Assembly: GCF_037042905.1 (NCBI RefSeq)
Contig: NC_087245.1
Coordinates: forward strand, 5,644,001-5,708,000
DNA: 64,000 bases
Direction: 5' to 3'
Source of the DNA: Lytechinus pictus
Lineage: Eukaryota
Of the stretch, positions 1 through 12,613 are shown in pieces (within the stretch, counting starts at the first letter, position 1; every line of letters begins with the position of its first letter). A program made the translations under genes and the position numbers. Below the pieces are notes generated by a model that worked only from the letters and a program-made list of their open reading frames with translations, was not told the DNA's origin and did no database searches.

Positions 1-19
1 ATCTTACTTGAAAAAAAAT
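1..19 (-). CDS. PASK: Start of the next PAS kinase exon (DFFSSK...), truncated by the window edge
   Basis: TGTTTTTACAG acceptor ending at 20; frame stays open in phase 1. Confidence 0.55.
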
Positions 20-277
20 CTGTAAAAACATAAATACACATAAAAATACACACATAAATGTATAAGAGAAAAATGATTCACTATATTCTTTGATAGTAAT
101 ACAAATGTTAGGAACATTCCCCAAAATAATGTCAATGGGAACTACCTACAACAGGGAGGGTAGTAAAAGTATTCAAACCATTGTAAGGCACAAGTAACCC
201 ACAAACTTTTATGCAAAGGATACCCATCCCTCCAAAAAAAAAAAAATCTGTATATCCGGCTTATTTCTAGTACATAC

Positions 278-397
278 CATCTTGGTTTTCATTTGGAGGA
301 CAGAGTTCATAATCCGCCGATGAGCCGGCAGTCGATAACATATCAAGAGTGTCAGCATTATTAGCAGTAGAAAAATTAGATGTAGAAATATTCGAGG
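278..397 (-). CDS. PASK: PAS kinase linker exon (ASNISTSNF...PPNENQD)
   Basis: TTTTTCCAG acceptor and GTATGT donor; 120 nt open frame, phase 1/1. Confidence 0.78.
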
Positions 398-984
398 CTG
401 GAAAAACAAATTGTGATTCAAATAATGTTAGATAAGCCTATAAGGATGAAAAAGGGACAATGAAAGGGTTGATATATTTATTGTACTTTACCTATTTATT
501 GTACTTCACCCGCGTCAGGAGTTATCAATGAATAAACAAATGGAAGAGCAGTGTTCTAGTGATCCAGTGAACCAGGTTCCAAAAACAAGTTCGTATTGCT
601 AGTGGCTCTTTGTGAGGAACTTGTACTTGTTACCAGGTCCATTGAAAGTACCTAAAGCTATCAATCCTCTTATATCTAACTAACCAATCTCAAGAGTCAG
701 GTAAACCAACCAACAACAAGTGTTACAGTGCCATAGCAAAAGTCAAGCATGCAAACTTACAAATCTTCATTCATTATACAGAATATTTCTATAAAGACTA
801 TCTTCAGTGACAACCCATGATCGAGGCAAGGTTTCGTGGGGGCTTTCAACACTTTCTGATTTTAATTCAATGACATTTTAAGTCGAATCCTTCTTTTTTG
901 GATTGGCTAAGACACATTTACTGTAAATGTGGAATGGTCAAAGAATGACACACTGACAACAACTTTAGTTCTCAAGCTTCTCAC

Positions 985-1105
985 CTTGTCCTGTATCGTT
1001 GAGTGATGAAAGTAGTTCTTGAGGTTTAACAGATCTGATGTGAACACTTGCAGGAAATGAAGAACCATCTTTCGTTCTGCCAGTCACCTGTTGTTTCTTC
1101 ACAGA
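985..1105 (-). CDS. PASK: PAS kinase exon (SVKKQQVTGRTKDGSSFPASVHI...)
   Basis: PAC-like GRTKDGSSFP motif; TTCAG acceptor and GTGAGA donor; phase 0/1. Confidence 0.9.
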
Positions 1106-1235
1106 CTGAATAAGAAAAAACAGGATAATAATATATCGAACATAGGTACAAATACTGAAACATGATTGCAATGTCTGATGTATCTTATGAAATTAAATTA
1201 ATCTCTATGATGTTTATGACTTAATATTAATATAG

Positions 1236-1494
1236 GGTATTTATATTGCGCACATATCCACCTTGTTAGGTGCTCAAGGCGCTCCTATATTACCCGGCTA
1301 AGCTAGGCGTTCATAGCGCACACAGCTGTTTAAGGAATTACTTCCTACCGGTACCCATTTACCTCACCTGGGTTGAGTGCAGCACATTGTGGATCAGTTT
1401 CCTGCTGAAGGAAATTACGCCATGGCTGGGATTCGAACCCACGACCCTCTGTTTCAAAGTCCGAAGACTAATCCACTGGGCCACAACGCTCCAC
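1236..1494 (-). mobile_element. tRNA-derived SINE
   Basis: Minus strand has a Pol III A box (TGGCCCAGTGG) and B box (GGTTCGAATCC), then a non-tRNA core (CAACCCAGGTGAGGTAAATGGGTACCGG) and an AT-rich tail. Confidence 0.85.
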
Positions 1495-1772
1495 GTTAAG
1501 AAGAGTGACTGATAACTATCTTTTTAACACAATTAAAATGGAAATAACAAAATACAAATGTTGATATTGACTTTTTATAGCATTCATACTGAAAATATTA
1601 AGAAGAGTATTAAGACTAATACACTTTTGCCCAATTTAAAGCTGTTCTTAGTGAGTTAGAGCAAAGTATGATTTCATAAATAAATTAGCAAAATCAGTAT
1701 TATCAAGAAAATCACTGTACATTATTTTTGGAAAATATAACTCCTAAATATGTTGTCATGGAAATATCAAAC

Positions 1773-2330
1773 GTCAAGTTCACCCAAGAATATTATTGAT
1801 TTGAATCGATACTGGTAAGTCAAACAAGAATAATGCTGAAAATTTCATTAAAATCGGATGGAAAATAAGAAATTTATGACGTTTTAAAGTTTCGCTTATT
1901 TTCACAAAACATTTATATGCACAACTCATTGATATGCAAATGAGAGAGTCGATGATGTCCCTCACAATATTTCAATTTTTACAGATTTAACAATAAGAAC
2001 CAACTTGGCTTAATCATAAACTGTTGAAATTATGATAATTCTACATGCTCAGGGAGGAGTAAAAGTTTGTTTATGACAAAAAGGAGAAAATTAGAATTTT
2101 TCCTATTTCATATAATAAAATACAAATAAATATTGAGAGGGTGATGTCATCAGTCTGCTTATTTGCATACTGACCATAATGTGCATATAACTGTTTTGTG
2201 AAATTAAGCAAAACTCTAATTTCATAACTTTCTTATTTTACATCCGATTTTGATGAAAATTTTCAGTATTATGCTTGTTTAATTTTTCTCCTTTTATTCA
2301 AATAAACTTTTTGTTGGGTGTACTTGTCCT
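1773..2330. mobile_element. TTAA/Kolobok-like MITE, diverged copy
   Basis: Similar along its length to 12005-12613, in opposite orientation. Confidence 0.75.
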
Positions 2331-2476
2331 TCAATTATGTAATCTTTATGACTGTTGAACCTCTTTTTACTCTTGTATCTAAGAACCATAAATATCATTT
2401 TTTCAAAATAAATGGTCTCCTTTTAAAAAACGCACAATGATGTATAATTACCATAGAAGGCAAGGATGATACTTAC

Positions 2477-2611
2477 AGTATCAATATTTCCATTGATAGA
2501 TGGTAGATTCAGATGAGGCATGAGCTGTTTAACACTCATTCCTATAACTTCATTTTCTGATGTAAAACCATGCAGGTATACAATCTCATGGCTTGCTCTT
2601 ACAATGGCTCC
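2477..2611 (-). CDS. PASK: PAS kinase exon (GAIVRASHEIVYLHGF...NGNIDT)
   Basis: PAS-like LHGF...VIGMSVKQLMP; 135 nt, phase 0/0, GTAAGT donor. Confidence 0.9.
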
Positions 2612-3036
2612 CTGAGAAAACAAAATAAAACACAATACTTTCAATACTTTACTCAATTTTTTTATTATTTATTTATTTATTTTATGTCATTTTATTTTTT
2701 CATTTCATTTTATTTTATTTTATTTTATTTTATTTATTATTATCATTTTTTTTCTTGGGGGGGGGGGGGGGCAAATCAGAATTTATTAATGTTACATAAC
2801 TGAATCACCTTATGCTTTTACACACTTAAAAATCTGGTTTTTTTCAGAGACTTCTGAAACATGTCTACAAATTCTAACAAGGGTTTGAAGGGTCACATCA
2901 AAATCTGTTACAGCAAAAAGACACATTATTTGTTGACAAAGATCACGATAAGTTGGGATAAAAAGAAATTGAAATTAAGAAGTGTCTTTCAATTATATCA
3001 TTGCGGATGACATTTTAAATGTTGGAAATTACTTAC

Positions 3037-3177
3037 TGTGACATCAAAGACAATTTTGCCAGATGTCCTTTCAACTGGTTCCATGACAACCAGACATTTT
3101 GGATTCTCTTCGTCTGTTAGTTTTTTCATCCAGAGAGAGACAGGAATGACTAGACCATTGGAGTCCATGATGTCAAA
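3037..3177 (-). CDS. PASK: PAS kinase exon (FDIMDSNGLVIPVSLWMKKL...CLVVMEPVER...DVT)
   Basis: IPVSLWMK and VVMEPVER resemble PASK motifs; 141 nt, TTTAG acceptor and GTAAGT donor. Absent from the ORF track. Confidence 0.95.
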
Positions 3178-3618
3178 CTAAACAAATATAAACAAAAAAA
3201 TGTCTCAATACACTTAACTTGTTATAAATACATGTAAATAAAGCACACAATAGGTTAAGATATCTGATAGATTCCTGCAGTGGACAACCCATCTTCCACA
3301 TACATTTTTTCCGCTTTTAATTCATGATCATAGCAAGTTTGGTTAGAAATATATGAAGATACACATGCTTCAAGTCATTGTAAAGTTAGCAAAAATGTAT
3401 ATACTGGTATATAAATTGGTATTGGTGATATCGAAATGGTTGAAAAATATCAAGGGATGATTGAAATGAGCTCTTATATTTAAGTGAAATACATTTTTAT
3501 ATCCTCCATGGACATTTCCCCATAATTTGATAAAAAATAAACTAATCATCAGAAAAAACACACCCTCAAATGCATCACTGAATCAGTGGTCCAAGACTTG
3601 AACCTGTGTTCCACTTAC

Positions 3619-3789
3619 CACATGTCCTGAGACCATAACCACTTGTCCAGTAGATTCTAGATGTTCTTCCATGAGAGCATGAGGTCTGTCTCTATCAGGA
3701 AGCGAGAGAAGATCAGTCATTTTCTTCCCAACCAGCTCTTGAGGGTCATATCCAAATAGTTCTCCTGCCATCTTACTTGCAACTAAAAT
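3619..3789 (-). CDS. PASK: PAS kinase PAS domain exon (ILVASKMAGELFGYDPQELVGKK...SGHV)
   Basis: Typical PAS pattern LFGY..ELVG; resembles PASK ILVANDKACGLLGYSSQDLIGQK; 171 nt, phase 0/0, GTAAGT donor. Confidence 0.95.
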
Positions 3790-4273
3790 CTGAAAGAACA
3801 GATACATGATTTCATAAATGTGATGATTTTTTTTTTGCTTGATACTTTTGTTTCATTTTCTATTGAAGGGGGAGTGAACTGACCAACATGCAATGTAATA
3901 TCTAACTGACTGTGTGTTATATATAACTAGTCTTAAAAATGTACATTTTGAGATAACCATCAATAATATACAGAGAATTAGCCTATAATCTTATTCATAC
4001 AGAGAAACTAAAATGTTTTTGATAGGATAGTTCTTATTTTGCGTCTTGATATATACATTTAATTAGTGTGATACGAATGTATTGAGAAGTGAATCAGTGT
4101 GTTATTCAGGTGGGACTATATTACAAGACTACACAGCCTAGAATGCTGCATTATGTTGGCAAGATCTGAGGAGTTTAGGACTTGAGGTGGCGCTGTTAAT
4201 GCTGGTGGTTCGTTTCAGCTTTAAATCGACCAATATTTCCAAAACTTCATTACATTTCAAATGAGATAACGTG

Positions 4274-4275
<2 letters not shown>

Positions 4276-4316
<41 letters not shown>
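4276..4316. repeat. (TA)n microsatellite
   Basis: Seen directly. Confidence 0.95.
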
Positions 4317-4321
<5 letters not shown>

Positions 4322-4500
4322 CATATCTCATGTGTCTTCAACTTGTGATATCCCATAGGTCAGCACACAATAAAATAGCACTATGATAGTGTTTGTAACT
4401 TTCTTATCTATCTTTTAGTGTAGGGCCCCCCAGTAAAACAGTGTTTCATTCACTGATGAGGTAACCTCATCATTAAGTATATCAATAAATAAATAAATAA

Positions 4501-5190
4501 AACAAGTGGAATGCCTCTGGCAGTCTCACCTGCATTATGCAATTCAATGTAGCAATAGTGCTGACTTTGAAAACAGCTATTAATTATAATTATTCACAAA
4601 AAACACTGATATGATAATAAAATACTATGTCCATTGACCCAACATGACCTTTGACCATAATCACATGACCTAAGACGTGTACAAAACATACTTGATAATC
4701 CTTATGTCTATGTTTAATGAACTACATACGTATTGATCCATAAACTTTTTAAGTTATGATGGCAATTAATTAAATACCCCCAACACTGCCTTAGTTCTAG
4801 CATTTGATCTTGGTCATGTGACCTGAAACGCACACAGGATATTCAGGGATACATGGTTACTCTTATGTCTATAAATTTTCATGAACTAGGTCCATGTACT
4901 TTCTAAGTTATGATGACATTTCAAAAACTTAACCCTGGTTAAGATCTTGATTCCCCCAACATGGTCTAAGTTCATTGAACCCAAATGACCTTTGAACTTG
5001 GTCATGTGACTTGGAACTCAAACAAAATGTTCAGTAATATTTGATTAACCTTATAGCCAAGTTGCATGAACTAGGTCCATATAGTTATGATGACATTTCA
5101 AAAACTTAACCTTAGATTAAGATTTGATGTTGATGCCGCCGCTGTAAAAGCGACTCCTATAGTCTCACTCTGCTATGCAGTCGAGACAAA
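4501..5190. mobile_element. Helentron/HINE-like non-autonomous element with internal tandem repeats
   Basis: Starts AACAAGTGGAATGCC; subterminal inverted repeat GTCTCACCTGCAT / ATGCAGTCGAGAC; same family as 26509 and 51537. Confidence 0.7.
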
Positions 5191-5341
5191 AAACGATTTT
5201 ACACAAAAATCAGTTAAACTAGTTTGTTTCAGAACTGCCAAGCACTAAACTTGACTGGCGTATGTGAGGGGTGAATATGTGTAAGGATGATAGAATCAAC
5301 ATATATTCAAGGCAGCTGATGGTATCCTTATCAAATATGTA

Positions 5342-6211
5342 GGGAAAGGCGGGGTAAGTTGTGACACTTTTTGCATTTTGCATGTTAGAATTGATATGAC
5401 TAATAATCTTGTAGAAATAAAGTACCGGTACCTTGCCTTTAAATTTGATTCTTGGGAAATATTTCCACCTATATGTAACTTTCTACCCCCCACACTGAAA
5501 GTCATTGTCACCTTTGAAAAATATGATGTCAAATGGCTCAATTTGCCCCATCTGTGGTGTAAGTTGTGCCACCTTCTGGGTAAGTTGAGCCACAAAAACT
5601 CTGTACAAAGTGTATGCGGGAAGATCCAGCATGTAAATTTTTTTATTTAAAGTCTTTTCACTTGCTAATTCTCTATAAATACTAACATCCTCTAAAAGTA
5701 AAAGAAATGTCATGTAAATTTGTTCCTTTCTGCCTGCATATCAATGGCTTTTTACGGTTTGTTTGTTTCTTATTATACATTACCATAAGAATTACCATGG
5801 CTCAACTTGCCCCATGTTGGCTGGCTCAAATTACCCTAGTCCGAACTAAATGTGATATTTTCACATTCACACATTTCTTATACATCCATCATGTAAAAGA
5901 CTATATGACAAGAATGAGAATCCATACCTGGAGCAACAATATTGTTCTTTATTTCTTTATTACATTTAAAGACGTACATGGGTAAAAAGCACTGATCTAT
6001 TTCACACCCTTTTTTAGTTTTTTGGCCGAAATTTGTATTTTTCCCTCTAAAAAAGTACTCTTTGTTTCAAAGTTGAAAACAATGTGGTGCGGTTAAGGGT
6101 TATGTAATGGGTCATCAATACATGACACCACCACAATGTCTGACTCATTCATAATTGGCCTGGGGGTGGTGGCTCAACTTGCCCCTATGCTAGACTTACC
6201 CCGCCTTCCCC
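5342..6211. mobile_element. TA-flanked non-autonomous DNA transposon (Tc1/mariner-pogo-like)
   Basis: TIRs GGGAAAGGCGGGGTAAGT / ACTTACCCCGCCTTCCCC with TA on both sides. Confidence 0.75.
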
Positions 6212-6297
6212 TACACAATTATGGCCCCATTTTCAATCTAACAGTAAGAACCACTGTTTTCATACTTTTTTAAGAACCACTAAGGATCTTTGCTCAC

Positions 6298-6509
6298 CTT
6301 GGTACTACGTGCTTCTATGGTCAGCATTGCCTTGTTTGGATTCCTTACTGTAGTAGGGAGGACCATACCTGTCTGGGCTCCACCAACAAAGTTATAAAAT
6401 GACCATGATCTACCAAGGGACATGTTAAGTGGTGGTGGTGGGGTAGGGGTGGGAGCAAAGGACCCCTTGCATAGTCCCCCAGTAAAGCTGAGAGAATTCA
6501 GTTCATCCC
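6298..6509 (-). CDS. PASK: PAS kinase exon ending in the start of PAS-A (VRNPNKAMLTIEARSTK)
   Basis: NPNKA motif resembles the recalled PASK NPNKAIFTVDAKTTE; CCACAG acceptor and GTGAGC donor. Confidence 0.92.
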
Positions 6510-7030
6510 CTGTGGAAGGAAATAGAAGACTTTCTAAATTTATGTTTAAACTACCAAAATGACTGGGTATTGACAATTAAGGGTGTCATAAATTATTAAC
6601 CAATTAACCCTCTACAGACTGGGATATTTTGACACGTTAAAACACTCAGCCCTTTCTTAGAATAAGATCATGATTATTCATTATCTGAATCCAAAAGAAT
6701 CTTCATAAACACATAGCCCATCACTTCACAACTGTCATTGTTCATATACACATATGACATAGACAAATACACTCAGATAAATAATTTTAACAGTATGCAA
6801 ATAAGAAAAAAATATATATTTTTTTCTCTTTTTTTGTCTAAGAATACAATTTTTTCTATTGTTCATTTAAAAAATCAAAAGTCAACTATTGAATTATTGT
6901 CATGCCATCGTTGATCACAGCTCTTTTACTGGAGTGCCTTCATGATTTGAGATTTAGTCTGGTTACTTTATAAAATCTCAAATTTCTTGTTTTTTTTTTC
7001 AAATCACATGGCTTTAAATATTTTCATTAC

Positions 7031-7179
7031 CTTTGAACTTTTCTAAGGTACATCCTGTAATAGGTTCATTGGAACTAAGATCTGATTTAGAAGCTGGTAG
7101 CTCAGTAAGTGGGAAGGTCTGGTTTATGTCAAGTGATGTATTAAATGATGAACTCAAACCAAACTGTGCTGCCCTCTCT
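7031..7179 (-). CDS. PASK: PAS kinase exon (ERAAQFGLSS...TLEKFKG)
   Basis: TTCTTTCAG acceptor and GTAATG donor; phases 2 and 1 match both neighbours. Confidence 0.8.
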
Positions 7180-8772
7180 CTGAAAGAATAAGGAAAAGAA
7201 AACTTATATAAATAATAAGACAAGTATATATAGAAAATAACCTGAACATCATTAAAAAAAACATACTGTCAAGTGTCAAAGCCCCCACATCCCCCTTATA
7301 AGTCATCTAACAACAGAGAATAGAATATGTGAATCAGAGGAAGAAAACTAAATACTTTATGTGTAAAAATGAAAAGGTAAAAGAAGTCGATTTAAATGTG
7401 AAGCTTAAAGTTATTATTGTTCTTGAGTATTTTATATGCATTTTATATAACACGCATGCTGCACAGAGAAAGCTAAAAAAATGATGAGAAATCCCTACTC
7501 AATGTAAATGAAGTAATTTTTGGAAAATAACATTTCAAATATGTGCCCAGAAACAGTGTTTGTCTTCATTTGATCATAATTCCTGTAATTTGTCATTGTG
7601 ATTGAAAGAACAAGTTCTTTAAAAAAAAAGTTAACATATATATATAACATACACAAATAAAAATTAAAAACAAGGTACATGCTAAAAAATACATCATCTG
7701 CTTAACATTTGGCATTTTTATATTTAAGTTTATTTTTTAGCACAAAAACAAAAACAATTCAATCTAAACATAATCAAGAATAATATGCAAAAGAGAGAGG
7801 GATGAAGAAGCCATGTTTAGATGTGTTTGGTCCAGGAGACATGCTCTTTTGAATCGGTTTAAAGATTTACATAATTTAACATAATTGGGTAATGAGTTCC
7901 AATTAAGAAAATGAATGTGTAAGCCAATTGCCACTTTCAAGAGGGTTCTTGGGGGTTCTGGCTATTTGTAGAGTAATTGGATAGGAAATTGTCTATCTGT
8001 ATCATTTCCCGTTTTTACACCAAAAGGAGAGAGGACCAATTTCAATGGTCATTTTTGTATAATGGTTGCTGCATATAAATTATTAACAGCCACACTGGTG
8101 TATAATGAATGTGTGTGTGAGAGAGAGTGAGATAGAGGGGGAAAGAGGGAGGGAGAGTGAGAGAGAGGGGGGGGGGTGAGAGTGGTAGGAGAGGGTATAA
8201 AGACAGGGAAAGACAACACCTGAAAAAAGACTGAAGGAGAGAGAAAAAAAAAAAGGAGAAAGAGAAGACGGGAAAAAAAAACCCAAAGGGAATTGCAATA
8301 TTGGAGATACTGATTTGACATGTAATTATTGTAAAGGCTGCATCCCTAAAGCTGCTACACTGTATGGAATAAATCTAGTAGAACTGCATTTTAAATATTT
8401 ATTCCGCATGGGATTTAAGGAAGAGGCAAATCAAATCCCATACTGATATGTAATAGCATGGTTATCTATTCATAATTCCGAGTGTTTCTTTCATAACTGG
8501 TACAGCACATAGGATAACCTTTGCATATTATTGTTACACCTTTTATGACAGGTTTAATACATGGGCAATTCCTTCAGGCAGGGTATATACATGTAGTAAG
8601 ACCTTCCTGAAATAGTTGTAATCTCTGTTTTCTAGCTCATCCGGAAGATTAATTCTTTTAAACTATCATGGTACACAAAGTTCATGAAGTGAAGTATGAA
8701 GAGATAAATATGGGGGTGGAGGTGCAAAAAAAAAGGTTATTATCTGAAATTCTATGAAGCTGTCTGATTTAC

Positions 8773-8894
8773 CTTTTGCCTGTCCTTATCCTGTCTAGTG
8801 GAGATGGATAGGAAGGTGTACCAAACTGATCTTTCTTTCTCATTGTGCCGCCAAATGACTGTGAAAAACTCTGTGGACCAGATGGGATCTTGCC
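8773..8894 (-). CDS. PASK: PAS kinase exon (GKIPSGPQSF...RIRTGKR)
   Basis: TTATCCAG acceptor and GTAAAT donor; 122 nt open frame; phase 2 matches the next exon. Confidence 0.72.
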
Positions 8895-11800
8895 CTGGAT
8901 AATAAAAGAGATAGAACAAAGTTCATTAGTAAATCTAGTGATACAAAAATATGAAATAATAAAACAATAATGTACATGGATGTTTTATAAAGACGGCTTA
9001 AGACACCCTCATAACACATTCAATCAGGCATGTTTTTTTTTTTGTTTTTTTTTGGGGGCTACTTTTTACAACTTATTGTCTACATGTAAATCTGCAACAT
9101 TGGATAAGCTTTAACATTGAGATGAATGGGGATTTCCGGGGCTCCTTTTAAAAAATACTTTCCAGTGCTCTTTTGAGCATTTCAGGGGCTATATTACCCC
9201 TAGTCCCCTGACTCCCCCATGAAGTTTTTCCCGTGCATTCAAGTCCAGATACAGCAAGGCACACTGATCTGATACATTTGAAAGTGCAACAATATGTTCA
9301 ATGTCAATCATTACAAACTTTAATACCCTTTGGCTTCCAGACGATTCAGGTATGTTGGCTTAGTCTGGAAAGAAACCACCTGATACCAGACTTAATAAAA
9401 ACAATATTTTACCTCCTAGTAATGCAAACATTCTGCATATTAGATCGCAGAAGGGGAATATATTCGGGTAATATCAAATATTGCCTCAAGAAGTGACTGT
9501 TTGGAGATAAGTGAAAAGAAATAAAAGTCGCTAGTAGTATACGTTTATATTTCCAGTGGCAGTAATGTCATCTTCATCATCATCAAGTATCACTTTCATC
9601 ATCACCATCACCAGTGATATATTTACAGTGGTCAGCCCAACTAGTACAGAAGATTTCTGACCATCATGCGTCATGAAAAACACTATTTCTGACCACTACT
9701 AATTTTCAATGAAAAGTGTTTAAAACACAACTTGCAAAGAAGAATTGCAATTGCATTTATTTCCATCTTTAATCTTGTTTTATTTGCATAATTTACAATA
9801 AACAGTCTTATATTTGATAAATATTAGTCTATTTTCAAAGTTTTGCTAATGTCAGGTTATCATTACATGATGTTCATTTGCTTTCGGCTTTAAGACCACT
9901 TTGATACTCGGCCTTAAAACACTTTGTATTGCTGTGATAAATTGCAACCACCACTAAATTAAAAAAGGCTCTAACTAGAACACTGACCATCACCACCACC
10001 ATCATCGTCTTCATCATCATCACCATCATACAAAATTAATGCAACATTTTAGAGCAGTATTCAGAAAGAGGGAATTCAGGAATAAATAGTACCCCTGACC
10101 AAACAAAGGTATAATGCATCAAACAAGTATACAATTACATGCATCAAGGGGCCTTTAAAATTAAAAGCCTCACATCCTTTCAGAGTCATAGTTAGAATGA
10201 TTGGAAGAAAAAAATTATTAATAGGGGGGGTCTAAAAATCATGCATGAAGCGAGGCTACTGCAAAGTACTGCAAACATGTCATCAATTATCATGCAGATG
10301 CTGTTCATTTTATAACATGTACTGTACATATGAACGGGTGTTTCATTTATAAGCCGCTTGTTTTACACACATCTACATATACTATGACTTTACACATGAA
10401 GGTCTTTAACTCACTGCTAATCGACTAATTCTTTGTGTATCACAACGATTCTCTTTTTATATCCCATCAGCCAAAAATGAAATCCAACCTTCATAGATTA
10501 AAACTTTCACTTTTTAACAAGCTTCTTGGAATGGGAAATGCACTTCAAACAAGTACATGTATGTTAAACAGAAATTGTGGGTAAGAGGATTGTCATCTGG
10601 AAAAGGAGAGGAGCGTTTAATATACAACCACCTCAGAATAAAAAAAAATGATTGTAGAAGACTACATGTACAAGTACATGTACATGGCAGCCAGAAAACT
10701 AAAATGGTTTTGCACTATAAAGATCGACAGGTATTAGAATCTTGGAGATCTATGTTTAAACTTATCATAGTACAGATTACATTAAGCCAAGGCATACAGA
10801 TAATCAACCAGACAGGCTTTTTGGAGTGGGAAATTCAAACATAAAGTACATTTTATTTTTAACAAGTTTTCTTGAGAATTTAATGAAAATGTAGGACATT
10901 GATCAATCTATTTCAAAAGTGTTTTAATGCAATACTACATGACAAGCTATTTCTTATAACTACTCACATACTACATGTGCATATAAAAAAAAACTGTTAA
11001 GTTGCTAAAGCTATTAAATCATAAATGTGACTATGTTAGAATTTCATATCTACTGCTGATATAAAGTACAATGTATAGCGAATTGATGGAGATCTTTATA
11101 GATAACTTTTGGGCAAAATTATGTTTTATTCCATATTTACAACCAGATATTCCTCTATTTACAGCTCAATGCAATGAATTTAATGGTAAAATCCCATTTC
11201 TATGAGACCAAAAATAAATAAAGATATGCACAAATTTACACACGACTGGTGATACTTTGAGATAAAAGAGACACCCAATTATTTTTCCCCCTTTTTTCAA
11301 CTAAAATTGAATCTAGCTTTCAAAAATTTCAAAATCTTGAGAAAAAACAATCTTCATTCAGATATTTGTTAACAATGAGAATTTTAATCTAAAAAATATC
11401 AAATTTCAAAATTAGTTGATAGGGAATAGAAATGATATATACCTGGTAATCATGAAGCATAAGAAAACATCACCAGTCATGCATAAAGTCATTCATACAT
11501 GTAGATGTACCTTATGAACAGCTTTTATGAAACAACACCAAGATACATGTACAGTATATATTCATGCATACAAGTACATAAATGCATCTTTAACCAAAGA
11601 TTAAGTGACAAACTAGTTTGGAGACAATGAAGGCCATAAAATGTAATAAATTCTCACATTGTTGTTGAGCATAGTATCAAATGACAAAGTCTGGATACAC
11701 TTGGGCTGCTTGTTTTGTACCGTTTGATTGCATTCTTTCATCACTGGGTGGTAACCATGACTGGAATGGAGTCTGGAGTATTTGTTGTTTTAAACTACCG

Positions 11801-12004
11801 GTAGATATGATATAGAAGCTTGTGCATACATACATGTACATTGATCCTGGAGACTCTTATCAACAATGCAAAAAAATATTTATGTATTTTTCTCAGTAAA
11901 ATGCAGGGAAAACAAATACATGTAGAGAGAAAGAGAAAGAGAGTGTGGTTGAGACATAGGCCTAGAGAGATAAAGGGAACAAAAAAGACATGTATCTATA
12001 TTAA

Positions 12005-12613
12005 AGGACAAGTCCACCCCAACATAAAGTTTATTTGAATAAAAGAGAAAAATCCAACAAACATAACACTGTATATTTCATCAAAATCGGATGTGAAATA
12101 AGAAAGTTATGACATTTTAAAGTTTCGCTTAATTTCACAAAACAGTTATATGCACATCCTTGTCGGTATGCAAATGAGGAGACTGATGACATCATCCACT
12201 CACTATTTCTTTTGTATTTTATTATATGAAATATGAAATATTCTAATTTTCTCATCATTGTAAAGTGCAACAAAAATAATTCCTCCCTGAACATACATGT
12301 ATGGAATTAGCATTGTTTTATACTATATAGTTCAGTAAAGTTGGTCCATATTGTCAAATTTGTAAAAAAAATGAAATATTCTATAATTCAAACAATAAAA
12401 AACAAAAGAAATAGTGAGTGAGGGACATCATCGACTGTCTCATTTGCATGTCACTGAGTTGTGAATATCATTTTTTTTCGAAAAATATGGGAAACTGTAA
12501 AATGCCATAACTTTCTCATTTTTCATCCAATTTTGATGAAATTTTCAGCGTTATGCTAGCTTGATTTTTCTCTATTCATTCAAATCAACATTTTCCTGTG
12601 GTGGACTTGACCT
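12005..12613. mobile_element. TTAA/Kolobok-like MITE, full length
   Basis: TTAA|AGGACAAGTCCAC...GTGGACTTGACCT|TTAA with long imperfect inverted arms. Confidence 0.85.

Noticed and set aside
1420..1494. Possible tRNA gene
   Set aside because: The A and B boxes run straight into a SINE body and tail, and there is no clean acceptor stem.
9568..10030. His/Asp-rich (CAT/CAC)n segments as PASK exons
   Set aside because: Simple repeats with no convincing splice sites; the flanking exons already join in phase.
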